Source of the DNA: Paramecium tetraurelia | Taxonomy: Eukaryota | Reading direction: 5' to 3' | Assembly: GCA_000165425.1 (NCBI GenBank) | Contig: CT868108.1 | Location: 372,001 to 436,000 of the forward strand | Length of the DNA: 64,000 nucleotides | Shown here: positions 41,598 through 53,658 of the stretch, piece after piece | How positions within the stretch are numbered: position 1 is the first letter of the stretch | Layout of the letters: the number at the start of each line of letters is the position of its first letter | Notes under the pieces: generated by a model | What the model saw: only the letters and a program-made list of their open reading frames with translations | Database searches by the model: none | Told to the model about the DNA's origin: nothing | Position numbers and translations under genes: made by a program

Positions 41598-43558
41598 TCA
41601 AAATAAATCCAACAATTCTTCTCCTACTTATTTCCATTATTATTAAAAGTAATTCCCTTTATATTTATACCATTTTAAATTAGTCTTAGGATCAATCATT
41701 TCTTCAAAGAACATTGGAACATGCACTTAACTTGCTGCTGCCATTGCTTTTCTCCTTGCCCTCTGCTTCTCCTCTAACCTATGTTTCTCACTTGAAGCCA
41801 AATCAATCCAACCATTTTCAAATGCCAATTAATCTGGTCTCAACCTGCAATCTGTACAAGGTAATTCCTAAGAAATTTAGACATGTCTTTATTACTTTTA
41901 TCATATCAATTGTCAAATGATTTAATTACATGGCAAATTCAGTAAAATTATAATACCAATCTGAATCCTATGGTAATTGATGTCTCTTCCACACAATTAT
42001 TTCTCTTTAAGAATCATAAGCTATGAGACGATCATTCCAAAATCCTTTTAACTTATATTTCTCAATTCCATTTTTATCCTTTACGTACCCTCTCATCTCA
42101 CACTCCGATTTCCCTGATTTTTCAATTAATTCCAACACTCCGTTATCACCAGTAGTCAGATTTACAAACTTCATTTATCCCATATGATCCAAAAATTATT
42201 AACCCCATAAAATGTTCTGAACTTTAGTTGTACACCTATTAAATTGGTAATGATCATTTGATGATTTCAAAATGACATTAAATAATCCAACAGGATTCAC
42301 TTAGAAACATAAGCCATTAAACTTTGTTTGGACATCTGTGTGAGCCCAGAATTAAAATGCTTTAGATTCTGCATATCCTGCAGAAATAGGAGGATGATGA
42401 GATACCTATTCACTAATAAACCTACAATTTTGAGTTTGAATTTCATAGGTTTCTCCTAGAATAGGATTAAAAGGTTTCTTTGTTCTTCCAATATTTGCTG
42501 AATATGGTGAGACACCAAAACCCATGATATAACACATTCTTAAAGCACTATCTCCAGCGATTTTATCTGCTTCTTCCAATGAATCAGAGTATTCCATCTA
42601 CTCAGCTAATCTTTATAACATTGACAATGGCTCATTCAAAATAACTATTTTTTATTCTAAAGACATTACTTGGCACTGAAAATCTACCTAGATCCTTTCC
42701 AATCAATTCCTTACACAAATACCACACATTTATTTTTTCATTTGGGTCCTTCCTATAAGGTAATCGATCTCGTTTAGGACTATTAGCAAATTTAATTTTC
42801 TGAAAAGCAGGATTATTAATGAGATTCGACTAAAAACTAATATAACAAATTCTTCAAGTACATATTTAATAGGTTAATGTTCTCTAATTAGCTATGTAAT
42901 CTCAGTTATACTCATCAAAGAGGATTGACCATGTTGTGGTTGATGTTAATAATTCAATTGTTCTTCTCGCATTACTGATTATGCTGAATTTTAATGGATA
43001 AAACTCTCATACACAGTTCCATTCTCCACATTTTATAGCTTTTATTTCTCCTCTTCAACAATTTGAGCACACAAGGTGATCTTCGTTTTTAGATTTTTCC
43101 CTATGCTTTCTAATCTATCAGCCATCTCCTTAATTTGTGAGTTCTTCTCCAACTTAGGAATCAACATACTCAATGTTTCATCGACTACAATAATTCTCTA
43201 TCATACATATAGCTCCAGTCTACCAAACATCAGTAAGCAATTCTTGTATCTTTTACTCAAACCTTATTTCATTTTATCGACTCAAACACTTGTCTTAAGC
43301 AGATTTCAATGCATTTATCCAATCTATCTTCTCATTGATATTGTTTGCTCTCAAATGGATTTCAGTTGTTCCAGTATTGATTATTATTCTTAAAGGATCT
43401 TCTGGTACTAAAATCAGAGCGGAAACCTTCAAATGCACCTACCCTTTAATCTACCCTCCTTGAGAATCACAATAGAGAAGAACATCTTCGTTTAGAATGA
43501 AGTATCGATCTTGCCACCTTGAAAAAAGGTTCGTCCACTTTTTTAAATATCCTTCCAT
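41598..43558 (-). CDS. oxysterol-binding protein (PH + ORD domains)
   Basis: PH domain MEGYLKKWTNLFSRWQDRYFIL. ORD motifs DLGRFSVP, NEPLSMLQRL, KPFNPILGETY and EQVSHHPPISA. Confidence 0.93.
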
Positions 43559-43671
43559 TTTTAATAATTAAAATTTAATATAATAGCATTAATTCTTAGT
43601 TTTTCACTAATCTGACTATAAGATGGAATAAAAGAAGACAATAATGTTATCTGATAATTTGTTAATCTTAA

Positions 43672-45758
43672 TCATAATTTAGCATGTGGAGATGCTGTTC
43701 TGATTGTCTTAATGGTCTTAAATACTTATTCATGGAATTCTGGCTCATTTAATGGATTGAGGTCCTTAGCCCCAATGATATAATTTCTCATATGGATTAC
43801 CCTAAGAATCTCCAATAGCTGATCTTACACTGTTATCATCATATGCAATAGCCTATAAAATAGAGATAATAAGTATACCTCAACTAAACCCAAAGCATTG
43901 TCTTTTAAATTTGAAATAAGTTCATCTCTGGTTTCTCTGATCCAAACAAATTGAGGACCGGATAAGACTCCATACTCAAACAACTATCCTTATTATTCCA
44001 AGATCTTATTGAGACCATACAATAAGCATAATTGAGTGAGGGCAGTCTTAATATTTGGATCAGTCAAAGTATTGACTTCTTCAAGGAAGGTCCTATAAGT
44101 CCAATAATTGGATTGTGTGTGAGCAATTTCTTATAAGAGAATGCCTAAGTGCTTGTCTGTGGATTCCTTAAATGTTAATCCCTTATCACCCATAAGAGTT
44201 TGTAACTTTTATCCTGCATTGGCAACATTGAAAGCAACATTGTATCTTAAAGCAGCCAAGACTTTATTGAGATCTCTGGTGCACTCTTTGGAGACCAATG
44301 GTTACTTGAGTTCAGTCAAATAGTTGAAAATGTCTTCCAAATAATCACAAGTGGTGTTGGGAGCCTTTCCTGATTACATGGCTAATAATTGAAAATATTG
44401 TGATACCTTTGTTGAGATACATCAACAAGACCTTACCCACAGACAAAGATAACACTGTATTATCACCTTCAGCAACAACACAAGGACTCATCTCAGTAAT
44501 AAGAGGTGGGATACCAGAGTAGTAGGAATAACCATGTCCACCAGCACATTGTCTAACCTTTTCTAAGGCAAAGAAGCAATTCCATGTATAATATGCTTTA
44601 GAAGCACTTAAGACAACATGAACTTCCTAAGATGAATTTAAGATATACCATCATTTTAGAGAAATCATTCTTTTATTTGATTCTAGCAACATTGTCATGT
44701 GCCATAGCAAAGACCTTCTTACTTCCTAACATGCATCCATACATTTCAGCAATCAATGGAATCAATTTATGTTATTGAAGTTGATAATCAAAGATGGGAA
44801 TTTCTTATCCTAAGGAATCTTTGAATTGTTTTCTTTGTAATGAATATCTAATAACAATAGTGAGACCAATTCCTAGACATTTCCATACTGAATCCAAGAA
44901 ATGTTATCTCATCAATTACATGGTGGCATGCCATACTTTGTCATCTCCAGTTTTAGTGAATTGTCCATCATCTGAGACATTCACATATTTGCTTAACATA
45001 TTGACTTTGGGAATTCTAACATTATCGAATCTCAAATATCCATTATCTTTTGCATTGTATCCAAACTTAGCACCAATATCACCTACCAAAATGCCTGGAA
45101 GTGTTTGATGAGTTTTCACATCTCTGATTTGGACAACAAAATTCTATACTCCGCATCTCTTACCGTCTATGTACAATTAGGCTTAAGTTACGACATGAGT
45201 AGCTGTTATGCCCATGTCACTTCCCCACCATTTTGTGGCTTTCAATGAGGGAGTGTTGATAATGAAAGATTTTGTTTATTTATCATATGTGGCTGTTGTT
45301 TCGATTCTATTTATATCTGAACCATGTGCTAATTCTGTCTATGAATAACAACCCAGGATCTCCCATCTCGATGCTGGCTCATAAAATAGCTTCACTTATT
45401 CATCTGTGCCCAAATTCATTATTGTGGGCATGAACATTTCATAATTCAATGATGACACCAACTATTCAACATAATGTCATTATCTTACTGCCTCTGGATA
45501 GATCAAGGTTGCGAACTCTTTGATATCACGCAAATCGGCCACTTCTAATAGCTTCTTCATTTTCTTTGCGTATAGTTCATATGTCTCCGCTCTTCCAATT
45601 CCAATGTCTTTAGGATTATTACGAAGAAGGGGATCGGAACTGCATAGCTTCTAAAATGCCATGAATCTCTTGAATCTCTCTTCTCCTTCCCAAATGAAGT
45701 GGGACAGTTTATTTACATCAAATGATATTTTCTTGCGTGCTATCTCAAGTGCTGACAT
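43672..45758 (-). CDS. ACOX: peroxisomal acyl-CoA oxidase
   Basis: GCYSQTELAHGSD, KWWGSDMG, GDIGAKFG, RQCAGGHG and EGDNTVL. Ends in the PTS1 -AKL*. Confidence 0.93.
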
Positions 45759-45774
45759 ATTAATATTTTAATTA

Positions 45775-47872
45775 ATGAATGAACATATCGTTTAAGTTTT
45801 CCACAAAGAACTCCTTGATACCAACGACCCCGAATAAATCGCTTATTTTATTGAAAAGCTCTCCGTTTTTTTTGTCCATGGAGATTGTATAGATTAAGAT
45901 GCCTTTGAGTAACATTCCTCATTATTTAACTAGTTATTTGGCTGAAAATAATATATTGGCTTTATTCTATGAAAAAATTTTCAACTTGACAACTCGGCAA
46001 ATGTGCTCCATCAATTTTAAATTATCCTTCATTATGTATTTATCTCTCCATTATTTAGTTAAAATGTTAAAAAACCACTCAACATCACTTACTTAATTAG
46101 TCACCCAGTCCTGAATGACTTCATAAATTATAAATACGATTTTTCTAACCATGAAATGGTTGATTATTATGTTAATTTTTTAAAATCCATAGCCATTAGA
46201 ATTGATAGAGAAAACTTCTTTCTCCATTTTAACTTACGCTATTCCACTTTTCCTTTGCTTTGGTAAGCATAGAAATTTATCAATTACCCAGATACCCTAG
46301 TAAGCAGCACTGTTAAAGTCATTATCCTTAGTTTATCTAAATGTATCTCTCTATAATAATTTAGTATTCGATATACCTTAGGATGGAGTAGCACTAACTT
46401 AGTCCATTATAAAATAGGAAAATAAATCCATTAAAAAATTCAAAAACTACCTTACACTAAGTCCATTCTGTCTAGCATACCAAAAATATGTTCACTAAAT
46501 GAAATGCCTACTGCCAAATCTTGCTTAAGTCAAATCCCAGGACTAATTAGAAGATTTGATCATGTTCTTTAGCGATTTCCTTTAGTAATGTCCTTTTCTT
46601 ATTCCTCTTTTTGAATAAATAATGCTTGATCAATTAATCCTACCAATCTTGGACTATTTGTTATTAAACAAATTATCTGATTTTAGAACTGAATTTAAGT
46701 TAGGATTTTACCTTATACATCAAATCATCTCGAAATTGCCTGTTAATGAAATACTAAAATATTTTTCATAAGATATGATTCCAAAGGATACTGGTAATAG
46801 ACTAAAATATAATTACATTCCATCAGCAACTTGGGTTTATGAAACAGAGAATTACCCATTTTAATTTGAATAAACCTATTTCAAAAAAGCAAATAATCAA
46901 AACGAAATTGGTGTTATTGAGAATTAACCAGAAAACAATCTCATAAATAATTATTACAAATTGTAGATGCTACAACTTTTAAAAGTATGTTATTATCACT
47001 ACTATTTAAGCCTCGAGATAATAGTATATTATTACTCTAATTGGCCATTTGGCATATAATCAAGAATCATTAATAACCATGGCCTGTGAATCACATTATT
47101 TAAGTATCAGTTTACATCTTACTTAGTTAATATCAAAACCCTAGAATCAAATAAAGTATACAAAAAAAATAATTGATTTAATTATTTAATTCTACTTAAA
47201 TGAAGATACTAATAAACTGAAAGATATTTATTTGGAATATGAAAATTATATAAAATAATTGATAGCTAATATTAAAAGTGGTAAAGCTTAGTTATCAGAA
47301 GCTTTAATAATAAATTGGGGGATTATAGAAGATTTTGATTGGAATCTCTTCAAGAAATCTTAGACTACCATTTCAAATGATGATTTTCAAAATTGGGAAC
47401 GCGAGAATGAACTATCCCAATTTAAATTAGTTTACACTTATTTGCTTTTGAAATTTTTGGTTATGAATAACTAAAAAGAACCATCTAAGACCAAAATTAT
47501 ACTGAATTAAGAGATATCTCATTTAACAGATGATTAATATTTTAAAATTGACAAAAAAAGAACAGTAAAATTTTGTATTATCCTTAGTATTTGATTATAA
47601 GCATCGAGAAAGGTTATGTATTTTAAACTATCCCATGCTCCAATCCAAATAGAGGCGTTGTTACTTTTATATACCCACTTGCGGGTTTAATATGCACTTA
47701 AGAAGCAGATTACTTGAAATTTGAATAGAATTAGTTGGCAATAAATTAAGCTAAGCCAAACAAAATTGAAATGTCTAACAATCTTATCGATGAAATAATA
47801 TCAAAAATAAATGATTCAAAAATAGAACTAGAAAAGATCACTCTTGACAAATTAGAATAATTAATTAAATGA
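45775..47872 (+). CDS. FPL-domain (CLEC16A/TT9/gop-1-like) protein
   Basis: QNVKKPLNITYLISHPVLNDFINYKYDFSNHEMVDYYVNFLKSIAIRI...HFNLRYSTFPLLWQAQKFINYPDTLV matches the FPL pattern. The 3' part was followed less rigorously. Confidence 0.7.
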
Positions 47873-48283
47873 ATAAAATTTAATTTCTACATTTTTATGT
47901 ATAAAGATAAACAAATATAGAAAATACTAAATGTAAAAAAGATACTTCATTTATTATTTACTTAATATTGGTAATAGGATTTAATAGATAATAAAACAAA
48001 AATTTGAAACAATAAATATTATAAAATAAACTCACTAACAAGGTTCTTAAAGATTTTTATATTCTAATCCATAATTACCTTCTGTTTAGAGTGATTATTA
48101 TTACATTTATACTTAAGTAATTAATGGAAAAAAATCTTAGTTTTCATATATACTGATAACACTCAAAAACACATTAGAATAAATTTATAAAAATAAACTC
48201 GCAAAATTTATAATTCATGAAAAACTAAGATCAGCGTCTCAATTAATTACAATATTTTAATTATTGGAATAATAGAAATAGTA

Positions 48284-48760
48284 TCAAAAATAGTTAATAC
48301 ATGAATATCTTTATGAAATATATTTATTGATATTGAAGAGCTTATGAGTTGTTTGGGGACTTTAAATTGAGGGCTGGCTTAAATTAATTATGCTGCATTT
48401 ATATTTCCTTCTTTTTAATGGCCCTGATGACTTTGTATTGGCTTTATGAACAACATCTTGTAATGGAGGATATCTCAATACAGGATAACTTGTTAGATTC
48501 ATTGGAGATTAGAAACATGAACTAAGTGTATTTTAGAATGCGGTTTGAGTAGTTTAGGTGCTTATTTATGTTGATTTACTATTTTAGGTAGGTTGGACAG
48601 AAGAAGAAGAACATTTCATAATTTTTGAATCCAGAATGGCCTTAACTCTATGGCTCTTGCTCTCAACATGTCTTTTCTCGATCCTTGGTAGGTTGCCAGG
48701 TATTAAACTATCTAGATATTCTTGTTCTTCAATGTCCCATCCTAAATATTTCTTATTCAT
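48284..48760 (-). CDS. hypothetical protein
   Basis: MNKKYLGWDIEEQEYLDSLIPGNLPRIEKR... open in ciliate code. The end is uncertain. Confidence 0.45.
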
Positions 48761-48781
48761 ATAATTAGTTTAATAATTATA

Positions 48782-50702
48782 TCACTATTCAATAATTTCA
48801 TTCATATGTTTCTTATATAAACTTCCGTAAACTTGGTTCAATCCTTTCCACCCACTGTCAAGAAGAATGGCAGCGGCAACGCTTTCAAATATATCACCAT
48901 ATAATTTGGGGATCTCATTGATATGAGGTTTTAAACCCATCCTAATAGTTTGTTCTCCCATAAACTTATTTCCCAATAATTATTATTTCCAAGTAGATAG
49001 TAGTCCTGGATTTAAGATCCAATTTGGATTTCTTTATTGTTTTTCCCTTGCTGCTCGAAAAATGTAAGAGATAACAAGCAATTCAATGGCAGCATCGCCT
49101 AAAAACTCTAATCTATCATATTATAATGGATTTATAGCTATTTCGAATAATTGAGGATTATTAAATTTATAGTCCCTGATTTCGATATGCTCAGTATATT
49201 CTGTAATTGGTTCGAAATCAAAGAGGATGTCTTAATAGAAAGATATAGGAAAGTTTGTCCGTCTCAAAATAATAATATATTCATAGAGACTTTGAGTAAC
49301 TTCAAATACACCACCAACAATTGCTTCATAGATATCTGCCTTCTGACTTATTTGCAGTTGTTTATTATCACTAGAAATCATATCATTGACTAAAGGATTT
49401 CGAATTTATTTGAAATGCAAATCCTAATTGATTATATAGTGTTATAGACCTAATTATTCAAATAATTAAGCTAAAAATGTATTCATAATTAACCGACTTC
49501 TTAAGGATGTCATTTCTCCTTCGTCTAACAATTCGTATTGTCTAAAGATATCTACAGTTACGACATATTTCAAAACAGAATCCCCCAACAGTTCTAGATT
49601 TTCATAGTTTCTTTTGAAATTGGATGAAGAAGTTACTATAGCTTCTTCAACCACTTGATAATTTAGAATGCTTTCGACTGAGTCTTGATGACTCCAAATC
49701 TTGAATTAGCATATTAGTGAATGAAAGAGAATGCAAACAATATCATAGGTTTTATAATCTAGAGGATATTCTTACAATTATTAGATGGGTATTAATTGAG
49801 GTTACTTTAAAGGTTGGATAGGTTTGAGTGATGTGCAATACTCTGATGGAATGCCTGAGTTACACTAATCACATTCATTTGTGCTAAATGCCATATTTGG
49901 AACATTCCGATGAAATTAATTGATATGTAAAGTATATGCGCTAAAGGCTATATATTCATGGAAACTCTGATAATTTTATCTATAGGATTGCACATTCCCA
50001 GGAATGAGTTTTTCTAGATGCAACAATTCATGAACATTCATTCCTTCTATCTCATTTAGAGTTACTCCATAATATTATAATGCTTCATCCAGATTCTAAA
50101 ATGCCCTTTATTGCACTAATTTCTAGAAATATGATATTGCTTTCTCATTGCTGTTTATGATATCATATACTGAAAAGGATACAAACGGATTTTTTTTATT
50201 AACATAAATTCGATTAAAATCTGTAAACTCATTTTGAGCTGAATTTGATAGTTTAAATTAATTGAATTCACTCATGTTTTCCCCGTACAACAGGATATTA
50301 TTTCTGTTCTCATTCTTAATATCAAAATAGGACTCAAAAGGTCGATATTTTTATTGTATATATGATAGACTGTTGGCCTTGTAGCAATCTCCGAAAAGGA
50401 AGCAATTGTATAAATAAATCTAATAAAATTCATCTTTAGAAAATTAACAAAGCCGACTTTCAATAAAGTTGATTTTCCAATTAAACATATATTGTAATTT
50501 GTTGCTCTTTAAATATCCCGGAGTAATTAGATAGATGTCATATTGATTATCATCCTTGGTGATCTATATTTTATTTTAATAAGCTAGTATGCGATCATTC
50601 ATTTTCCTATATGAACTACCTTAATAATAAATAATCTATACTCAACTGATTTGGAATCCTTCCTATGAGTTGATGATTAAATTAACTTTAAATTTACTTC
50701 AT
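48782..50702 (-). CDS. DCL: ciliate Dicer-like (Dcl) protein: tandem RNase III domains, no helicase
   Basis: RNase IIIa NYENLELLGDSVLK...KADIYEA and RNase IIIb YDRLEFLGDAAIE...GDIFESVAAAILLDSG. One 22-nt intron, 633 codons. Paralog number not determinable by eye. Confidence 0.9.
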
Positions 50703-50751
50703 TTAATTATAAAAATTAATATACTAAAAAAATAGATATAGACAGATATGT

Positions 50752-50820
50752 ATCGATGGAATTAAAGTAAATTGGAATATGAATTGGATTGGATAGGGTG
50801 GAATAGGATTGGGATGGAAA
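50752..50820 (-). repeat. degenerate pentamer array (TCCAA/TCCTA/TCCAT/TCCAC) just upstream of the Dcl ATG
   Basis: The + strand reads ggaattaaagtaaattggaatatgaattggattggatagggtggaataggattgggatggaaa, unusually G-rich for this intergenic DNA. Confidence 0.45.
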
Positions 50821-50894
50821 CTATTAAATCATTATATATATAGAGAAGTACCTTAGTGCAAACATAATGTTTTTGTAATATTTTATTTGATAAT

Positions 50895-51631
50895 TCAAAG
50901 CTACCAAGGAGTTCTATCCAAAGTTGCTATGGTTTTATTGCAGAACTTAAAATCAGTGTCATCTCTATATCCAACACAGAAATAACTAAGATTATGTTTT
51001 AATCAATTACCTTCCTGTAGATTAATTGTACTTTGGTCTTCCACCATAACAATGTGGACATCTTGGTATTGATCCTAATACTATTCCATCAGCAATTTTA
51101 TTCAACAATTCGTCTTTGTTTCCACTCATACTCTATAAGTTTTTTCTTAAATTATCCTTTATTTCTTAATTTGTCTTTGATGACCAATCCTTGATTGCCT
51201 TTTAGTAAGCTTAATATTAATCTAAGGTGTATGCTGCGTATTTGACAGGCACTTTAGGTTAAGAGTCAGCCTTAGGAGCAACTGGCTTTAACACTTTCTT
51301 TTTATCATCCTTCTATTCTTTGACATTTTATTTTTTTGAAACTTATTTTTTGGCGGGAGCAGCCTTTGCTTTTTTAGGCACAACCTTTTTAACAGGAGCT
51401 GCTTTAACTACTGTTTTTTTTTGTGGTTTTCTAGAAACAACTTTCTTTTTTGCTGGCACAACCTTTTTGGTTTCTTTCTTAACTACCTTTTTAGGCACTT
51501 TCTTCTAGATGACTTTTGTAACCTTCTTCACAACTTGCTTTTTAACTGTTTTAGAGACTGTCTTGGAGACTGTCTTCTTTGTTGCAGCACTTTATCTAGC
51601 TAATATAGAATAAGCCAAGAAAAATACCCAT
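50895..51631 (-). CDS. histone-H1-like Lys/Val/Ala/Pro-rich protein fused to a PADR1 (PARP1 Zn3) zinc-binding domain, 227 aa
   Basis: MARQSAATKKTVSKTVSKTVKKQVVKKVTK...KAAPVKKVVPKKAKAAPAKK, then IKDNLRKNLQSMSGNKDELLNKIADGIVLGSIPRCPHCYGGRPKYNQSTGSYFCVGYRDDTDFKFCNKTIATLDRTPWQL*. Introns 51600-51627 and 50986-51010. Confidence 0.85.
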
Positions 51632-52451
51632 TTATATCAATTGATAATTTGTAATAATAATTCAAGATATACATCGCATTAATTAAACAATAAATAGATA
51701 ATCAACAGAATGTGCACAGATTATTAATTTGCCAAATTATAAATAAACATTAAATATTATCCTTTTTTTGAACATTAGAAATAATTAATAATGGTGTAGC
51801 TTCTATTCATTCCCTTTAATATAAAATCAAAGTTTTCAGTATAGTTTTATTAAATAAATAGAGACATCTAACTGTGTTATGCTAGTTTTTTATTTAATTA
51901 CATTCTAAGAATAAAGCAAAATCAATTTTAGCAATTACTCAAAAAAAATTGACAATTACATCATTTTTCATCAATTAGTTTTATTATATTTTGTTGCTAT
52001 TGATGGATAATTAATATTTGCATTTAGTTCCTTAACAGGACAGAATCAATAAGAATTCATAAGTTTATTAAGACATATATAATATAATTACAATTCCTAT
52101 AAAAGTTTGTAATCTTAAAATATATCTAATTCGCTAATGTTTACAAATAGAAAATCATTTAGTATTAGAATAAGACTATTTTGCAGAATAAACTATAAAT
52201 GCAATTATAAATTAAATGAAATTCAAGAGTTTATTGATTTTACTACCTGATAATAGAAATTTATTCATTATAGAGATTTATAAGAGTAATTGAACCGTCT
52301 CTTTTGGATCGTTCTTACGTTATTAGAGATTTAAGTAAATAATTTCTAATTTTAATGGAGCTTAGTTTTATTCATTAGATGATAATAAATAATAAAATCA
52401 TATTATATAAGAATTATGAATATAAAAAGAAATTTATTATTTATTATAATA

Positions 52452-53620
52452 ATGCAAAAGTTATTACTAATTACATCATTGGTTGTTTCAATTTTTGCCG
52501 AGAACACTAACTACGCCTATACTAATTGGAATACAATCCAAGGAACTGTGAGTATGAATTCAACTCTTGAGAACTATGAATAAACCTTATGGTTGGTTTA
52601 TATTTCAATTGGAGTTCCAGCTCAAAATTTTACAGTCTAAATTGACACAGGGTCTAATATTTTATGGGTTCCTTACACAGATTGCTCAAGGTGTGATATT
52701 TCAACTAGATATAATCCTAATGGATAAGAATATTTTTCTCCAAATGGTAGTACTTATTATTAAGCTTACGGAAGTGGAGAATGCAGCGGATATGTAGCTA
52801 CAGATGTGGTAAGTATATAGGATACAGTAATAAACACAACATTTGCTATGATGTTTGCAACCATGGAGCAAGGTTTTGCATTCCCTACAGTTATGGATGG
52901 TATTATGGGTATTTCTAACAATCAAACATTCACAAATATCTTTTAAACTGCTTTCTAAGCAGGTTAGATACCAACTGAATAGTATGGCTTAATATTGAAT
53001 TAAGCTCCTTTACCATCCTACTTGATTTTTGGAAGCATAGATCCAATTTTACTTAATTAGATTTAATGGGTTATTCCTAATGATATCTATAGATGGAAAT
53101 TGTTTATAAATGCCTTTACTATCAATGGATAAGATTATTCATCATTGATGGGGTCAGTTTAATCTGCAATTTTAGATTCAGGAACTACAGATTTACTAGT
53201 GACCGAAGGGCTTTATGGAGTTATCCTTAAAGATTATTTGGTACCTGGAGGTTGTTTCATGAGCGGTGGTATTTATTGTCCTTGCCAACCAACTGCTGAT
53301 TAATTGGCTTACCTACCAAATATCACAGTGTCATTTAATGTTGTCAATGTGACAATTCCCTTTTTCAATATATTATAAGGATACTATGTCGCAGGTTACT
53401 TTAATGTATTATTACATTAGCTACTGGAGATGTTTGCCAAGTCATGATGTCCTACTTGAGTGGTCCTCCCTTTATGGTCTTTGGTGATCCTGCATTATTA
53501 TCCATCATTCCAATATTTGACAAGACTGCAAACTAAATTGGTATCATTGGAGGTGTTCCAAATGGAATTCCAAATGGAGATTATCCTGGAAATGATGAAA
53601 TAGATGAAGCAGTAGGATGA
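52452..53620 (+). CDS. secreted pepsin-family (A1) aspartyl protease
   Basis: Signal peptide, IDTGSNILWV, YGSG, DGIMGI and AILDSGTT. One intron, 381 codons. Confidence 0.92.
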
Positions 53621-53658
53621 AACAATATATTATCAATATATATAAAATAATAACAACA

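Noticed and set aside
51320..51603. Hydrophobic + strand track ORFs (FLAGAAFAFLGTTF...)
   Set aside because: Antisense shadow of the Lys-rich minus-strand gene.
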